DNA of 61,038 nucleotides, filler included, from Thelocarpon superellum (taxonomy: Eukaryota): assembly GCA_026025795.1 (NCBI GenBank). It is 7 parts of 7 records of this genome, joined end to end, with 100 filler letters (N's around TTAATTAATTAA, not from the genome) between each part and the next. Parts side by side here need not be neighbours in the genome. Positions count along the whole stretch, not along the records: positions 1 to 8,701 come from JAPEUG010000590.1; positions 8,802 to 17,491 come from JAPEUG010000591.1; 5 more parts are not named here. One strand, written 5' to 3'. Both the position numbers and the translations under genes were made by a program. Below are positions 1 to 10,469 of the stretch, one piece after another; the stretch's first letter is position 1; every line of letters starts with the position of its first letter. The notes below the pieces were generated by a model, which was given only the letters and a program-made list of their open reading frames with translations, was not told where the DNA came from and searched no databases.

Positions 1-594
1 AGGGTTGGACGGGAAAGGCAAGGAGAGAGCGAATGCAGAAAGGGGAAAGAAAACGCGAAATGGTACATGACCTTTTTTTGGTGATCGGAATCGATACAGA
101 TTTCGTGGTTGCACAAGGAGACGGACGATACAGGAGCACATAGGGTAGACAATGGGAACAGAACAGTAGTGAAGACAAGGCGCACAGAATCAGAAACACG
201 GCGTAGACAATCGCCCAGGCCCAAACGTCCGCCATCATCCCCACGTACATGGTCGTCGTGTCGTCGCCACAGATCCAGGCACACTTCGACACCATGGCTC
301 GACGAGATCAACAGATCACACAGCCAACGGTAAGAACAGTACTGGACGTTGCGACGTAGATTTCGGCTCACAAATCGGTCCGAGTCGTCGCACAGGTAGA
401 TTGTAGACTGTAGACTGCGTCGCGGGCGGGGAGAGGAAGTGCGGACAGGGCGCGCAGGGCGCACAGGGCGAAGAACGAGCAGCACGAGGCGAATGGCGGG
501 ACAAAGCGAGAGCAGTCATAGATGGCGTGGTACAAGTCGAGCCAGATGGAAGCCAAATCATCTAGAGTCGCGAGGTGGACGGGCGACCGCGGAC

Positions 595-3409
595 CTAGGC
601 ATCGTTGCCAGGGTGACCCATGTCGTAGGCCCCCGGGTGCGAGGCGCCATGCGGGCCGTGCGGACCATGACCCATCGGGGGGCCGGGCGTGGGAGCGGCC
701 GACGGTCCGGCAGACGGCCCGGCCGAGGGACCAGCGGGGTTGGGCGGGTACGGCATCTGGTAGGGGTAGAAGTTGTAGGGAAAGTACGGCGGGTACTGGT
801 ACTGTCCCATGTTGCCCACGTTCTGCGGGTACTGCGGCACGGGCTGGTACAGGTTCATGCCCGGATGCGGCCCATGGGCCGAGGGCGCCACGCCCATCGA
901 GGTGGTGGTGGTGGCCGTGGTCGGGCCCGATGCCTCTGGGCCGGTCGTGGGAAAGCCGGTGGATGCGCGCGGCGTTGGCAGGAAGGGGGACTGCGACGAC
1001 GACGGACCAGCAGCGCCGTCATGCTCGAGGTTCGCGGGCAGGTTGGCAAACTGCTGGACCGGGGCATCCTGCGCGGGGCTCCCGCCAGTCAAGCTCAGGT
1101 AGCCCGCGGCCAGATAGGCGGGGCCGAGGGTGTTGTTCCCATAGGCCGCCGGAGGCATGGTCGCGCCACCAGCCACGTTCATCCCGAGCGCGGGCGGCGG
1201 CGTCATCGTCGCCGTCACTTGGGCGTGGGTCTGCGTGAGCGAGGCCAGGGCCAGACGCTGGGCCTCGATGTGGCGGCTCGCGCGGCTCAGCTGCAGCTGA
1301 AGATTCTCCATCGGACTCGCGCCGTAAACCTGCTGGGTCGTCGACGGCGCGCGGCGGGCACCCTGCGTCTCGTGGGTCTCCTTGCGCTCGACCCGAATAC
1401 GATGCCCGTCCAGCAGCTGCTGATGATGGCCGATGATGGCTCGCATGGCGTCCACCTCGTTGGTGAATTCGACAAAGGCAAAGGTGTTGGTCCCCATCCC
1501 TAACATCGCATCAGTGGACCCGCCCTCGGCGCCGGGCGAGGGCGAATGCGAGCGCGATGACGTACCATGCGCCGCGGGCTTCACGACGACGTCGGCCGAG
1601 ACCACGGTGCCGTACGCACTCATGACGTCGACAATGCGATCCTTGGTCGTCGTCTCGGCCAGGTTGCCGATGAAGAGGGCACGCTCGTCACAGGGCTGGC
1701 GCGGGGGCGCATCTAAAGCCGGCACCTCGCGGCCAGGGTTGGCTACGGTACCCATCAAGGAGGAGCGGGAGGCGGTGGACGTACGCGATTGCGACCCACG
1801 GTGGTGGCCATCTTGCGTCGTCGACGGCTGCTCGAGACGGTATTGCGCGTCCTCGCGGAAGGCCTGGGTGAAGATCTGGCGTCAGCATCGCCAGCGTGGC
1901 CACGACGACCCGGATCCGCTCCACTGACCACTTGAGCGTCACGGCAGTCTTGGAAGAAGGCAAACTTGACCCAGATGCCATCTGGGAGCTGATACATCTC
2001 GCGCTCGGTGCGCGATGACCACCAGCAGGCTTCAATGGCGCCAAAGGCCTCCAAGATCCGACGCGCCTCCCCCTCGGCGATCTTGCCGCCAGTGAGACGG
2101 GACAGATAGAGCGAGCCTGCAGGCAATTAGCGAGACTTCGCGGCGGCCGAGACTGGGGCACGCGTACGATTGACCTTGGCTGGCTCGGTGCGGCAGGGGC
2201 GGCCGTCGATCAGGCGACGACGACCACCGACGATGGCGCGACGGGCATCTTCATCGCGCTGCCGGGAGTCAGTCAGGACGGCATCAGGCGCGGGGCACCA
2301 CGAGCACGAACCTCGTATTGGCAAAAGGCATAGGGCATGCCACGGTGGTCACGGCGAATCTTGACGTAGACGGTGCCGAACTGCTGGAAGATATGCGAGA
2401 CGGACTTCTCGAGGTGCTCGTCGGTGCGGATGGAGGCCAGGTTGGCCACGAAGACGCAGGCGCTCGGCGGCAGGATCGCCTGGGCGTTCTCGGCCGAGAT
2501 GGGCTCGCCATGGCGATCGGCCCGAGGCGAGGCGTTCGCCGCGGGCTCGGCATCCTCGTGCGCGTGCGCGTGCGCGTGCGCGTGATCCGGCCCCGCGGTG
2601 GAGGGAAGAGTGACGACGGACACCTTGGAGCCGGCGGAGTCATCGCTCGGCGACGAGGTACAGGCAAGCGTGGGGCTCAGGGGCTGCGCGAGCGAGACGA
2701 ACGGATCGTCGTCCTTGCTATCCTTGCCATGCACGACGAATGTCGACGTCGTCCCTTTGGGCTTGGGGTGAGCGACCAGCAGGCCGTCAGGCTTGACCTC
2801 ATAGCGGGCGTTGACGGGCGCGAAGGAGGCCATGGCTGGCTTGGACAGATGGTCTTGACGATACTCGGACTCATCATCAGCCTCGGCATGTGCATGGCTC
2901 GCGACCGAGCCGCACCCACGGGCGTGCCCATAGTGACCATGCTTGCCGCCGGCACGGTGCAGCGGCGTCAGATTGGCGTGCTGGCGGATCGACGGGACGG
3001 GATCTGAGGATGCGTTAGCATGGTACTGTGGACGTCCGCAGCGGACGGAAAGGGGAACCGTGATGGCAGCGGAATATGGCCGTCGTCCCCCACCAGGGCT
3101 GGCATCAACGAGAGGAACGAAACGGTGACTTGACCACGCCGCAAAAGAACTTCGATCGGGTCATGCAAAGGACGTGCTCGCAGGGACCTGATGATCATCG
3201 AACTTACCCTCCACATCTTCTTCGTTGGGCGTCGCAGGAATGCTATCCGCTGGGGCTGTGTCCCCGTACGTGCTCGCCGGAGACGGCTCATGCAGCGACG
3301 CGGGCTGCTTGCCCGACGCGACATAGCCACGGCGTCCCGTGGCCACGGAGGACTGATGACCGCCGCGGTGGGCGGTGGCATCCTCGGGCGTGGCAGGAGA
3401 GGGAGACAT
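595..3409 (-). CDS. RIM4: Rim4-like meiotic RNA-binding protein (three RRMs plus low-complexity C-terminus)
   Basis: The spliced product reads PSACVFVANL...VKIRRDHRGMPYAFCQYE|RDEDARRAI...GRPCRTEPAKVNR|SLYL, matching the Rim4 RRM1 signature (PSSCIFVASL...RPYAFVQY...GRRLRCEPAKVNRTLY). RRM2 is IWVKFAFFQDCRDA and RRM3 is ALFIGNL...FAFVEF. GT-AG introns at 2259-2311, 2117-2167 and 1864-1928 restore the frame. The 5' end is uncertain: ATG 2833, or upstream exon(s) from ATG 3409 (a CTAAC branch point and CAG acceptor lie near 3005-3020). Confidence 0.85.
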
Positions 3410-6400
3410 GATGCTAGACGGGTTGGTCTGCACGTGAGGAGTGCAGAAGGAGGATTGACGCGGCGGGAATTGAGCAGGTGAGCTCCGGCTTGCTCGTGAG
3501 GGAGGCGATGCCAGGCAGAGGAAACAGTGCAGAGAAGAAAGGTGGAAGCGCGAGGTCACCGACGGCACGATGAAGCCGCAGCTACGAGGCGGCTTGAGGC
3601 CGAATTGAATTGGGCACGCGGCGGCCAGCAATGACGGGAGTGGAGAAACGATTGACGATTGACAACTGACGATTGACAATTGATGGCGACCGTGGCTCAG
3701 CGGGTGCAAAGCTTGGCGTGGCCAGCGGGAGGAAGGAAAGGAAGGGAAGGAAGGGTGAAGCGCGGAGGCGGTGGTGGTGGGTGTAAGGAGCGCGGGAGAG
3801 AATCTGTGTGGGTGGGGAGACGAAGACGAGACAGGAGAGGAGAGGAGGGGAGAGGAGAGGAGAGGAAGTGGGACGAGGGTGGGAGCTAGGGCAGGCGACG
3901 CAGGAGAGCAGCCCGGTGCGAGATCTAGCCCTATAGCCCTACAGCCCTCCAGCCCTAACGCCGTCGGATCTCTCACCGTGGACGCGGTGACAGGAGGCCT
4001 CCAGGTAGTGTCCTCCCTCCTCATTCGCTGTGGCTCGCTCCCACGACCTCGGCGGCCAATGAACGTGCACCCTCACCCGTGGGACGAAGCGTTTGGGACC
4101 ACCGCCCAGTCAGGCACCGCCCGCACGGCGAGGTGACGGCGCGGCCCGAGGAGGAAAGGTTACGGGGAGCGTAGCACCCGTCATTGACGCCGCACACGCC
4201 AGTCGCTTCGCAGACCGAACCGTGGGCGGTCGGACGTGGGGGCATCGGTCGGGCGAGACGAGCACTTGTGGCATCGCTCGGCCCGGCACGCGGACGAAGA
4301 TGGGAGGATACGAAGAGATGAGCGCGCGTAGAAAGCTCAGTACGAGGTCGTACCGAGTCGTGGATGGTCCAGCGGTCATTCGGAGACGGGGCCCGACCGA
4401 GAGGTCCAGCGGCGATGGGCCTGGAGATGGATCAACTCATTGCATCGAGAATCCGATGCGATGGGGAGCGAGACATCGTGCGAAACATTGGCAAGCATTG
4501 GGCAACGACCAGGCCGCCGGATTGCCCGTGCGAACACGTCGCGCACGCCAAACGTCATGATGCATCCCCTGGACCCGGCACATGGTCCCGACCTCACCGG
4601 TCGCTCGAGTGCGCCTGGTGCTCCGGTCTTGCAGGCCGCGGACCCACGTCGCCGGGGTCGCTAGTCTTTGATGTCTGCCCATTTCCGCCGATTTCTCATG
4701 CTTTCTCATGCTTGATCAGCGGCCGGTGGTCCCTCGTGCTAGGTGCTGGGGCGTGCGGACAAGCGGGTCCACCACGCCTCCGCGCCACGCGACGGCCACG
4801 CCGCGAACCTGGAGGCTGGAGGCTGGAGTGGGGCCAGGCTCGCGCGTGGGATGACGTGGGCCACGATGGCGAGTCACGCGCTGGGTGCTGGCCGCTCTTG
4901 CGATGCGTCGTCGACCGACTCTGCGCCGTGAGTGCCACTCGACGATATCAGACATGGCGATGGCGCGAGTGCATGCAGAGAGGAGAGGCGGCGGGGGTTG
5001 TGAATTACGCTTTCTGGAAGTCTATTGACTTTGTGTCTCTGCCCGGCTTCCACCCGGCACCACCGGACGTGAACCCCGGCTGAAGCGACGCACTAATGTC
5101 CGCCCCGCTGTCGGGACCGTCACGACCGACACCCCGTCCCTCGCCGGCCGCGAGGCAAGGGAGCTTCCGCGACAAGCGCCCTTGAGCCGCAACGGACAGG
5201 GAGCAGCGGAGGGGAGCAGGCGCACCCGACCTGCATCCGTGCAGACCTACCCCACCCGGAGCCCCCGGGAAGGCCGGGCATGTTCGTGTTCCGACGTCCA
5301 CTTCCGATCCGTGTCCGTTCCAATGCATGTCCGTTTCGACGCAAGGTCCATCTGGCGCCGCCACCACAGCCAATCACCACGTCCGCCTCATCGCGGCATG
5401 TGCCGCCGCATTCCAAACGCGACGGCGCTGGAGCGTCGAGCGGGGGTCTCACTGCACGCTTATCAGGCGCGGTTCGAGGTGCGCGTCCGGTCAACCAGGA
5501 TCAAGGCTCCCCCATGCGAGCGTCGTCCTGCCCCACCGCTTGTGCAATGGTGGCGCCGGCGAGGCCGCACAACGATGGCGGGACGCGAGAGGGGGAAGCG
5601 AGGATGCACAGTGTGCGGCGCGTGGGATAGCGAGCCGGGATGCCGACGACGCTGCGAGCGCACCCTCGATCCCCGAGGACGAGGACGAGTACTGCTCATC
5701 GTCTGCATCCTCGTTTCCACGCCACAGCTGCCGCTAGAGACCGCTCCCCCCACCGTTCGCATCACCGCAGCGATACGGACGACCCGACACGTCGACCCAC
5801 AGGTGCGCGGCGGCCGTGATGCACAGCCCTGCACCCGCATGAAAAAGGCTCCGCCTCCAGCGTCCTCATCGTCGGCGGACGCGAGCGCTCCTCCGCAACT
5901 GGCCCACGCCGCTGCGCGACGCGGCCGTAGATGGCGTCGTTCCAGGCCTTGGACACGGCCGGACCGGACGGGCGGGTTGGTGGTCGCGAGCGGGTCGGGC
6001 GGTAAGAGCCCGGGCGGTGCGAATCTGAGGAACTCAGCGGCGCCAGGCCGCGCGGACAGTGATCGTCCGCTCAGCCGGCCCAAGTCGTCTGCCCGGCCCG
6101 AGTGGTGCAGGGCAGACTGGTCGAGGGACATTACGGCGGCAGAGGCGTCCCGACAGCTTGGAACAAAGAATGCGCTCGTTAGCGCCGAGCGATGGAATCA
6201 AAGAAGCTCTCGTTAGCGCTGGGGGTCGGAGGGAGGGGGGCCAGACGCACCGTGCGCGCCACCTTGACCGCATCCGGCGCTCCTAACGCGACCCTTCCGT
6301 GCTCCTGCTGGCTGGCTGGCGTGGAGGTGGTCTGCGGTGTGGCACCTCCGCAAGCCTCGGCCTGGCCGATGCAGACACCCTTCGCCAGTTGCCTGCTCGC

Positions 6401-6473
6401 TCCCACCGTCCGGCCGTGTGAAGGTCGCACATAATATGAGGCCGGTCCGCTGTCGGTCGTCCGCATGTTCTCC

Positions 6474-6545
6474 CTCTCATATCCCATTTCATTCTCATAT
6501 CCCATCTCCCTTTCATATCCCATCACCCTCCCATGCCCCATCTCT
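6474..6545. repeat. 18-bp tandem repeat, 4 imperfect copies (CTCTCATATCCCATYWCM)
   Basis: ctctcatatcccatttca / ttctcatatcccatctcc / ctttcatatcccatcacc / ctcccatgccccatctct, about 200 nt upstream of the 6748 ORF. Confidence 0.85.
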
Positions 6546-6747
6546 CTCCAGCTCAGGGCCCCCGTTCTCTCCCCAACCCTGTCACCCTGTCCCCGCCCTT
6601 CCCCTGCCGTCCCCCTCACGACCGACCCCACGACGAGGGGAAGGTTGACGTTGTCCCGCCCACCTCGCTTGTACTGTTTCCCCCCCCTGTCCCGTTGTTG
6701 CTCTCATCCGCCCTCTTTGGTGTCGTGGACGGTCGATCTCGACCACG

Positions 6748-8484
6748 ATGAATGACTCACGACCGATGCAGCCCACAGGTGTGGACGAGGATGAGCCGGA
6801 GCCGGGGACCGGCCCTGCGCCCATCCACCCGGGTCCTTCTGGTCCTTCCGGTCCGGCCGCGGCCAGGATCAAGCGGGAGCCCACGGACGACGCCAGGATC
6901 GAGCGGGAGCCCGGGGACGACGCCAGGACGAAGCGGGAGCCCATGGACTATGCCGGGATCAAGCGAGAGCCCGTGGACGACCCGTGCTTCCCGGCTGATG
7001 CGGCTCCTCTCTCGCCTCCTCCGTCGGCGCCGCCACGGCCGGAGACGGAGATGGAGCGGGTGGAGCGGGTGGCGCACGGCTTGTCGTTGCAGATGCAGAA
7101 GCAGTACGAGCGGGTGACGACCATGATGGACCTGGTGCACGACGTCGTGGGCGAGCGATTTGAGCGCCTGCACGCCGACCTGTGCGCGCATGACACGCAC
7201 GACTACAACCCCGCCATCCACGCGCGCCTGGAGCTGATGCGGTGGGAGGTGGAAGACCAGCGACGCTGCATGATCAACGACCGCTTCCGCTCGTACAATG
7301 CCTCGGCCAAGGCGCCGGACCATCACGTGTATGGCATCTCGTTGGTCAAGCCTGATGGTGCCTATCTCACGCCGGCCTGCTTCCCCTTGACCCTGGCCGA
7401 GTTCTGGGCGCTCAAACTGCCATCCCGCGGTGCGTCCTCCTCCTCGCTCCCCCTTCTGACCGTGGGGACGTCGTGGTTGACCGGGTGGTGTGATGCAGCG
7501 CGCGAGCTGACGGCCCTGGTCGTCTTTTACGAGATCCACGAATACCAGTTGTGGGGCGGACCGCGGCCCCCGACGATGCCGCCCCTCCCCACCTACCCCG
7601 TGCACGACGCGGTGCGTCTGTGGCCGGAGCAGGCGCATCGGGCGCTGGCCGAGGTCTTGGGCATCATCTACGCGCGCGCCCGGCCGCGGCTGGAGCCGCG
7701 CGACCTGGCGCATACAGGCCAGGGCCCGGGGTGGCCGTGGTGGCTCGCGCCGCCAGTATCGCCGACGCCGACGCCGCCATCGCCGCCGCCGTCGCCGAAA
7801 CGCAAGGCCGACGTGGTGTTGGCGGGCCTGCACCGGATCCGGGTGCCGCGCGGGCCGGGCCCGAACGACGGCTGGATGTTCATCGTGGTCGAGGACGGCA
7901 CGCGCAACCCGAGCATGATGAAGTGGCGCCCGGACGCGCCGGACTCGAGCGTCAGCGCGGCCCAGCTGGAAAGGTTCCGGTGGAGCCTCCCGATGTGGCG
8001 GATCTGCGAGCAGACCCGACGCCACATGGCGGCGACCGGCGACGACCGGTTGCCGCCATGTGGTCGCACGCCCAGACCGGCGACCGAGGGCGCGGGCGAC
8101 GGCAGCGGCAGCGGCAGCGGCATCTTCGAGAGCTTCGGCGTCCTCTACGCCAGCCAGCTCGAACCGCCCTTCAACCCGGTGCTTCGCGAGCAGGCGCGTC
8201 GTGAGGCGCGCCTCCACGAGCAATTCCGCGCCACGGCCCTCGCGGCTGAAGAGGCGTGGGAGGCCGGTCTACGCGCCGCACCCGTGCAGCCCACGTCGGA
8301 CGACGAGGACGAGGACGAGGACGTGGAGGACGCAGAGGACGACGAGGACGTGGTCGATGAAGATCTGTTTTCGACCGAGGAGGACGGAGACCTCGAGGCT
8401 ATCTGCGATGCTAGTTCGTCGAGCGGACACACGGAGACGGACTATCTCACGCCGCGTCCTACGCCGGCACCGCATGAGCTCTAG
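6748..8484 (+). CDS. Hypothetical protein: N-terminal IKREPxDD repeats, helical segment, possible Mug135-C-like domain, acidic tail
   Basis: 578-codon ATG-TAG ORF with GC3-rich codons. A probable in-frame, stop-free 69-nt intron lies at 7430-7498 (GTGCGT...TTGAC...CAG). The motif RxYNA...G...FPxTLxEFWxL...LxxLxxFY resembles uncharacterised fungal coiled-coil plus Mug135_C-type proteins (recalled, not searched). Confidence 0.7.
   Translation: MNDSRPMQPTGVDEDEPEPGTGPAPIHPGPSGPSGPAAARIKREPTDDARIEREPGDDARTKREPMDYAGIKREPVDDPCFPADAAPLSPPPSAPPRPETEMERVERVAHGLSLQMQKQYERVTTMMDLVHDVVGERFERLHADLCAHDTHDYNPAIHARLELMRWEVEDQRRCMINDRFRSYNASAKAPDHHVYGISLVKPDGAYLTPACFPLTLAEFWALKLPSRGASSSSLPLLTVGTSWLTGWCDAARELTALVVFYEIHEYQLWGGPRPPTMPPLPTYPVHDAVRLWPEQAHRALAEVLGIIYARARPRLEPRDLAHTGQGPGWPWWLAPPVSPTPTPPSPPPSPKRKADVVLAGLHRIRVPRGPGPNDGWMFIVVEDGTRNPSMMKWRPDAPDSSVSAAQLERFRWSLPMWRICEQTRRHMAATGDDRLPPCGRTPRPATEGAGDGSGSGSGIFESFGVLYASQLEPPFNPVLREQARREARLHEQFRATALAAEEAWEAGLRAAPVQPTSDDEDEDEDVEDAEDDEDVVDEDLFSTEEDGDLEAICDASSSSGHTETDYLTPRPTPAPHEL
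6862..6981 (+). repeat. 30-bp coding tandem repeat x4 (ARIKREPTDD-type)
   Basis: gccaggatcaagcgggagcccacggacgac and three variants, giving ARIKREPTDD / ARIEREPGDD / ARTKREPMDY / AGIKREPVDD. Confidence 0.95.
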
Positions 8485-8701
8485 GAAGGGGAGCGGCGTC
8501 TACGAGGGAAGGTTAAGAACGGAACGGAAGGGAACGGACCGGAGGGGGGGAAAGGAGTACTACGGAAGGTATGACAAGGTCCGCTGTGGGACGGACAAGG
8601 ATGAGCAATGTAATTAGAAAGGAAGACGCGTGACGAAGGCGGGCGAATCAGGGGAATGGGATAGGAAGGAGAGCGGAAAGGGGATATGGCTTTGGAGGAG
8701 A

Positions 8702-8801
8702 NNNNNNNNNNNNNNNNNNNNNNNNNNNNNNNNNNNNNNNNNNNNTTAATTAATTAANNNNNNNNNNNNNNNNNNNNNNNNNNNNNNNNNNNNNNNNNNN
8801 N
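8702..8801. other. Artificial contig linker N44-TTAATTAATTAA-N44
   Basis: Exactly 100 nt with a six-frame stop cassette, identical to the five other linkers. Confidence 0.98.
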
Positions 8802-10011
8802 TCCTCGTCGATCCATGAGTGGACCACGTCTGGGACAGTATTTTCGAGAAGATTCTTGCCGGTGATTTAGATGGTGTCGCTCGTGGGCTCCAATCCTTAA
8901 CCCTGGCTTTTACCCTGTGAAGGCATTTGCTCCGATGCTCCAGACTGCAGCAGAAGTTCCACCCTGATGTACCAGCTCCGCTCGCGGATCGGAACTACTG
9001 TCCGGTTCCCCTTGTGCCGACTCCAAAAGAACATCTCCATGCGCCCTCCTCCTGAAGGCAGAAGACCCTGTCGCCGTCACCTTAGCTGGCAATCGAGTGT
9101 TCGGGCTTGGTGGAGCAGATGAATGCAGAGCCCATCGGCCACTGAGTTCGATCGAACGGGCGTATGGACGTATGGATCGGGAGCGTCATTTCGCTGCCAC
9201 GTGTGACGACGAAGCAAGCAGCCAGGCGGAATCAAGAGACGTCGTCGATCGCCTAGGACATCGAGGCACCGTAGTAGTCCCGGATCTCCTTCAAACTCAG
9301 TCGTAGTACTCAAATCGGACGCTGGAGCTCCGCCAGGTGCGGGCGTGGCTGGCTGCATATTGTGGAGGCTCCACACGGGAGCTCGAGGCTTTTGACTAAG
9401 CCGCCGCACGTGGCCCACCATAGCTGTATATCGGAACAACAGATAGCTTCCGTAGAATAGACCACCCATCTCCAGTATAGTTTTCGGGGTGCGTCAACAC
9501 ATAGGGGGTATGGTCACGATCCTATACGCGGTGATCACGTGACTCCTCCTGTTCTCCAGCGAGGTGTAGGCCCCCGGCTTCAAAGTACACGAGAAGTGCT
9601 CCAGTGAGCAAGCTTGTTTAACAGAGAGCACTCTGGTTGACTGACCCAGATAACAAGGAGTACTCCTGTCATGGTGTCACAGCATCTTGCTGTACGATGG
9701 ACGCCATCGTACATCTGTACAAACGAATTGTAGGTGATCTCTTGATTGATTGTTCTAGCTAGGTGGGGAATTCTGCAATATGTATGGTACTGACGCACCC
9801 CGGTTATTCCACTGGAGATGGGTGGTCTATTCTACGGAAGCTATCCGTCGTTCTGATATACAGCTATTGTGGGTCACGTGAGGCGGCTTACTCAGAAGCT
9901 TCGAGCTCCCGTATGGAGCCCCCACAGTACGTAGTGTACCACGTGACTGAACCACATCACGTGACGTCATTGACACCATGCGTTATGACAACTCCACTTA
10001 ACCAATGAATT

Positions 10012-10225
10012 AACAGAGCGCACTCCAGCTACTTAGGTGAGTAAATAGAGAGTACTCTAGTGAAGTGTCTTAGATATGAACAGAGCACACTCCAGCTACT
10101 TAGGTGAGTAAATGGAGAGTACTCCAGTGAAGTGTCTTAGATAATACAGAGTGCTCCAGTAATCTCACCCATTGTACAGAGCGCACCCCAGGCATCCAGC
10201 TCATTCAACAGAGCGCACTCCAGAG
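10012..10225. repeat. 67-bp tandem direct repeat (2 copies plus partial copies) in an AT-richer relic region
   Basis: aacagagcgcactccagctacttaggtgagtaaatagagagtactctagtgaagtgtcttagata at 10012 and again at 10079. Partial acagagYGcactccag units occur near 10146, 10176 and 10208, with a related piece near 9594-9636. Confidence 0.9.
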
Positions 10226-10469
10226 CACCATCTTAGCAAACAGAGACCCCCTAATTACTTCTCGTCCTTTGCCACAGCTCACATTGGTCACTCTGGGGCG
10301 CGGCTTGTATGTACATGGCGAGAGGTAGAAACAGCAATCACGGGAGTACAAGCACGGGTATATATTCGCTGTCGACTCACTCGTCCATTCTATCTCTTCC
10401 TCATCTAGATATGAGCGTGGCCCAGTGGGCAGCAAGTGGCTAAAGCAAGCAACAAACGCTAAACTCGGC

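Noticed and set aside
439..8223. Long Arg/Gly/Pro-rich ORFs (e.g. 439-1503 +, 5182-6216 +, 6757-8223 -)
   Set aside because: These are antisense or alternate-frame shadows caused by high GC and have no recognisable motifs.
8746..8757. TTAATTAATTAA repeated every ~8.7 kb as a biological periodic element
   Set aside because: It is always embedded in N44 padding and is a synthetic six-frame stop spacer.
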